A program made the translations under genes and the position numbers. The notes below the pieces were generated by a model, which saw only the letters and a list, made by a program, of their open reading frames with translations, did not search any database and had not been told where the DNA came from. From Cyanophora paradoxa CCMP329 (taxonomy: Eukaryota > Plantae > Glaucophyta), in the NCBI GenBank assembly GCA_004431415.1, contig QPMI01000416.1, forward strand, positions 806,001 to 870,000: a stretch of 64,000 nt of DNA. The letters are read 5' to 3'. Positions 59,514 to 64,000 of the stretch are shown here, in pieces. How positions within the stretch are numbered: the stretch's first letter is position 1; each line of letters opens with the position of its first letter.

Positions 59514-60085
59514 TTACAGGACGCGGCCCTCCCGCACCTGCACAGGGCACACAAAGATCAGGAACCGGATCGGCAAGGGCGCGAGGCGCGCAGGGGATGG
59601 CTTTGACCTCGAGCTTGTTGAAGATGGACGACAGGAAGTCCTGCTTGCGCTGCTCGTGGTCCGCAGCCGCCTTGCGGTAGCCGCCAGCGCTCGCCTTGCC
59701 CTTGGCACGCTGCGGGCGGAGGTCAGGAGGTGCCGCGGTCTCGATCACGCGCACAGGGATGCTATTGCATGCTAGCTGCTGTGCTCGCGCCCAGTCACGG
59801 GGAGGGCCGTGCCCGGCATTGCGCACCTCCGCCTTGAACGCCTTCGCGTTCATCCGGTTGCGCACGCGCTTCTCCTTCTTCAGGTTACGACGGCAGCCCA
59901 TGGTAGTGCCCTGCAAGAGCGTCAGAGCCCGGCCGTCGCGGCAGCGTGGCTGGGGACATCGGCACCTCCTGCTGGCCGGCGGCGGACTGCAGGCGCTGCT
60001 CGAACGAGACCGGAGTCACCTTGCGGGCGCCCGGGAACAGGGACACCGCCTGGAACGCAGCCGAAGCCTCAAACACGCGCGACAT
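59514..60085 (-). CDS. Small basic protein, probably plastid-targeted
   Basis: Exons MSRVFEASAAFQAVSLFPGARK.. / GTTMGCRRNLKKEKRVRNRMNAKAFKAE / ..DHEQRKQDFLSSIFNKLE / VREGRVL*. Confidence 0.6.
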
Positions 60086-60152
60086 GTTTCCTGCAAAGAT
60101 CCACGAACGGGGTACGAGATTCGGCACAAGAGAAAGCTGTACCCCGTGCAAT

Positions 60153-61347
60153 ATGGCCTTCCTTGCCACCGCGCCAGTCTCTGCACCGGTCCTCGCACCG
60201 GTCCTTGCACCGGTCCTCGATCCGGTCGCGCCTTCCGCGCGCCCTGGGCGGACCCCGCGCCCTTCGCTTGAAGGCGCGTTCACCGGACGAGCGCTTCGCA
60301 TTCCCCGTCGTGCGTGCAGCGCTGCTGAGGTCGACGGCTCTCACTTATGCTTTGCAGGATGTTCGTTCGGCGGTCCCTCGTTCGCGCAGCCTCGCGCGCA
60401 GCTGTCGCCTTTCGAATTCCCGCGGGCGGGCCCGTCCGTCTCGTGGCGTCCCGAAATCGCGCCGCTTCTCGCGGAGGAGATGCGCGAGCTGCTCTCGGGG
60501 CGCCTGGCCGCCGTTGCTCGGCCCGCGCTGCTCTCGTCCCGCGCCTTGCGGGCGGTTGGCGACGCCGTCAGAAGCTATGGTGCGGACGCGTACGGGGCGG
60601 TGCGGCTCGAGGACTACGGAGGGGAGGGTGGCGCGCTCGATGCTTACCTCGAGGCCGTGCGCGGCCCGGGCGGCGAGCTTCTCCACGCCCTCGAAAGCAG
60701 CGGCGTGGACCCCGCTGGCGCGGCGCTGGCGGCCCTCCGCACTGCGTCGCCGCCCCTCGCCCGCGTCGACGTCACCATGCTCCCCGATGGCCGCCGATTC
60801 GGCCCCGCGACCGTCGAAGACCTCTCCGCGGGTTTGTACGCGTCCGCCGTTCGATTCGTGACCCCTAACCGGCGGGCACTACGGCAGGCTTCGGCCCGCG
60901 CTGCGCACCGCCTGTAGACTGCCCCGCGATCGGAACCCTTGTCGCCCAGGCGCGCCGCCAGCCCGGCCCCGCCCCCCCGCGCGCACGAGCCATCCGGCCC
61001 GGTGCAGCTCGAGGCGCTGCTGTGGCTGCGGCACGGGGGACCGGGGGGCGAGGTCGTCCTACACTCTGTGCGATGCGGGGGCCGGCGCGGGGCGGCGCTC
61101 CTCACCGCACTGCGCGGGCCCCACGCGCGCTCCGCCGCCTTCGCGCCCCACGCGGGGGACCTCCTCCTCTTCGACCCCCTCCGCGCCCACGAGGCGCGCC
61201 CGCTCCTTCCCGCGCCGCCCCCCCCAGCGCTCTCACCGACTGCGGCTGGGCGCCGACGGACAGGTGCGGGCGGCGGAGGGCGGGGCGCTGGCGCTGCGCT
61301 TCTTCGTCGGAGTAAGGGCAGACGGCGACTGGGTCGTCTGGGCCTAG
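60153..61347 (+). CDS. Plastid-targeted 2OG-Fe(II) oxygenase-like protein, apparently degenerate
   Basis: MAFLATAP transit peptide; QLEALLWL..GGEVVL..FAPHAGDLLLFDPLRAHEV..LRFFVG..VVWA*. Confidence 0.55.
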
Positions 61348-61476
61348 CCCCGCAGAACCCCCCTTGTCCTTGCCGCTGGCGCCCCGGACAGGCCCTGTGT
61401 GTGCAGAGCTGAACTCTGTCTGCTTCAGAGCCGAACTCTAAATCTGTCTGTTTAGCTAGCGTCACGGGTGGCGGGG

Positions 61477-64000
61477 TCACGAGATGATACAGCTGCCGCA
61501 TTGCCGGGAGGGCCCGGCGGTGGGGGCCCCTGGGGCGGCGGTGGAGGGGGGGAGGGAGGCGACAGGCGAGCCGGCGGCGGCGTTGGGGGGCGAGGAGGCG
61601 TCGGAGCGTGGCGAGGCCTCGTCGAGGAGCTTCTGGCGGGGCCCGCGCGCCGCTTCCTCGCGCGCCGCCGCCAGGTCAGCCCGCAGCGCCGCCGTCTCCG
61701 AGTCGTACCGGCGCTGCAGGGCCTCGCGCGCCTGCTCGGACATCGCCAGGCGCGACTGGGCCTGCGAGAGCTGCGAGCGGAGCTCCGTCTTAAGCTCGTC
61801 GAGGCCGGCGCAGGCGACGCGGACGGCCTCCTCCTTCTCCCGCTTCGCCTCCCGGCGCTCCTCGTCCGCCTGCGCCCGCGCCTGCGCCCCGCGGCTCTCA
61901 GCGCGGCCGCCAGCACCGCGGCCGCGGGGGCGGGCGGGGCGGACGGCGGAGAGCTTGGCCTCCCACTCGGCATTGAGCGCCGCCTTCTCCTCCGCAAACC
62001 GCGCCTTGAGCTTCTCGATCTGGGGCGGGGGTGAGGGCCGGGGCCGGCGGCGCGGGGCGGGCGGGGCGGGCCTTGGCGGTCTCGGCGGCGGAGGCGGCCT
62101 GCTTGGAGGCCTTGGAGGGCGGCTCCTCGCGGCGCTTGCCCTTGAAGACGTCGACCTGCGCCTGCAGCTGGATCGCCCGCAGCTGCGCCTCCTCCAGCTG
62201 CTTCCGCAGCTCCTCCGCCCCCGCCGCGCCCGGCGACCCGGGGCCCGCCGCCAGCGCCTGCTCCCGCAGCTGCAACTGCAGGCGGAGTGAGGGGGGCCGG
62301 CCGGGGGCGGGGCGAGGCGGGGGCGGGGCGGGCCTTCTCGCGCTCGAACTCGAAGCGTGCCTCGACGAGGCGGCGCTCGGCCTCGACGAGGCGCTCCTGC
62401 ACACCCTCCAGCCGCCGCTGCAGCTCCCGCTTCTCCCCGTCCGACCGCTCCAGCAGGCCCCGCCAGTCCGCCGCCCCCGCCTCCTGCTGTCGCCGCGCCT
62501 CCGCCAGCGCCTCCCGCGCCGCCGCCTCCTTCCCCGCCGCCTCCGCGAGGCGCCGCTCGACGGCCTCGCGCTCCTCCTTCAGCGCCGCCTTCTCCCGCTC
62601 GAAGGCGATCGTCGCGTCCAGCAGCCGCCGCTCCGCCCCCTCCGCCGCCTCCCGCAGCCGCGTCCGCTCCGCCACCGTCGCCGCCTCGGCCTGCAGGGAG
62701 AGCTGCCCGCCGGGCGGGGTCGGCTCGAGTGGGGGGCGGGGCCCGGGGCGCGGGGGGCCACCTTGAGGGCGGCCTCGGACATCTTCGGCTCCACCCAGTC
62801 CCCGTACGCCACGTACTTGGCGGGGCCCCGCGCCCTGCCCCCCGTCACCGCCCCGCCCCGCGCCCAGGCGGCGGCGGGGCCGGCGGGGCGGGGGGAGGCA
62901 CTGGGCGAGGTAGAGCTCCCGGAGGGCGAGGCGGTCGGCGTCGAACTGGGCGTACGACTCGTAGCTGGCGGCCGCGAGGCGCTGCTCGAGGGCCCCCGAG
63001 AGCTCGGTCAGGAGCCGCTTGCAGAGGCGGATGCTGTCGTCCTCGTTCTGCGAGACGAACACGTCGTACTCCTCCGCGTACCGCGCCTGCCCGCAGCGCG
63101 CCGGCGTCAGCCGCGCGCGCCGGGGCGGAGCCCGGGGCGGCGGGGGTGCGGGCCTTGAGGGTGCCGCGGTGGCGGTCGAGGTCGGCCTCGCCGCCGACGG
63201 CGTGCTGGGCGAAGGCGCGGTTGCCGGCCTGCTTCCCCTGCACGTGCGCGGCGTGCAGCTCGGGGGGGTCGACGGGGAGGCGGCCCCCGACGGCGGCCTC
63301 CATGGCGGCGCGGTAGGCCTTGACGGCGGCGCCGACGGCCCCCTGGCACTCGATCTCGACGACGGCCTCCCAGGCGCCCTGGATGGAGGGCGTCGCCCCC
63401 CGGTTGATCGCCTCCACGTACGCCCGCACCAGCGCCGCCAGCACTGCCCGCCCCGCCTCAGCCCCCCGCCCCCGGGGCAGGGGCGGGGGGTGCGCGCTGG
63501 GCCCGGAGAGGAGGCGCCCGTGGACGGCCTTGGGGCGGACGGAGGCGAAGACCTTGGCCTTGAGGGCCTCCATCCCCTGCCGGAACTCCGGCCGCAGCTT
63601 CTCGTACGGCAGCGAGTCCATCCGCTGCAGCGCGTCCTCCTGCTCCAGCGGCCGCACCAGCGCCACGCTGCCCCGAGCGCTGAGCAGGCGCCCCGCAGAG
63701 CGGCGGGGCACGAGGGAGGGCACCAGTCGCGCTCGCGGAAGAACGAGGTGAGCATCGTTCGGATCTGGTTCTTCGTGATGAGCCGCTCGCTGAAGCCTGC
63801 GCCCCCGCCCTCAGCGCCGCCCCGGCGGGATCCTGCCGTACGGGAGGGCCCGCGGACCGCTCTGGTGCTTCAGGGAGTTCTCGAGGTACTCCTTGCTGCG
63901 CGGGCGGGTGGCGTCGCGGGGAGGAGGGGTGGGTGCAGTGGCGGGGCGGGCCGGGGCACCTTGTGATGGGCCGGCCCTCGTGCTTGAGCTCGAGGCCGAA
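61477..64000 (-). CDS. Guanylate-binding protein (GBP) family GTPase with long coiled coil and CaaX end; 5' part outside window
   Basis: KEYLENSL, NQIRTMLTSFFRERD, LVRP..LRPEF, LVRAYVEAINRGATPSIQGAWEAV; ends CGSCIIS*. Confidence 0.88.

Noticed and set aside
1-64000. Hundreds of long Pro/Arg/Gly/Ala-rich ORFs on both strands
   Set aside because: Artefacts of very high GC (few stop codons) and intron read-through; the real products are spliced.

Overview
Gene-dense eukaryotic nuclear DNA with very GC-rich gene bodies and many short (~50-120 nt) introns, so the ORF track shows only exon fragments. I rebuilt genes by eye and exon boundaries are approximate. Several proteins start with plastid transit peptides carrying an early aromatic residue (MAYV, MAFA, MATF, MAFL, MAPPAF). 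With the GC content and intron density this suggests a glaucophyte such as Cyanophora (inference). About 20 genes: plastid M48 peptidase, claudin-like protein, Ddl-like ATP-grasp/SET fusion, long-chain acyl-CoA synthetase, DEAD-box helicase, DUF1772, PP6 catalytic subunit, RING/Toc34-like GTPase fusion, multi-PHD/HARE-HTH/ADD chromatin protein, SirB1-like, Abitram, LSMT-like SET, F-box, coiled-coil, ARM, DDT-WHIM, plastid thioredoxin, cullin, small basic protein, 2OG-oxygenase-like and GBP. Highlights: (1) a RING E3 domain fused to a Toc34-type GTPase with a probable tail anchor; (2) GC-AG introns dominating GC-rich gene bodies; (3) a CUL1-N/CUL4-C mosaic cullin; (4) an unrecognised domain repeated three times between PHD fingers; (5) a complex duplication/inversion at ~18-23 kb; (6) a tRNA-derived SINE nested in another poly(A) retroposon; (7) AT-rich spacers built from chained short palindromes.
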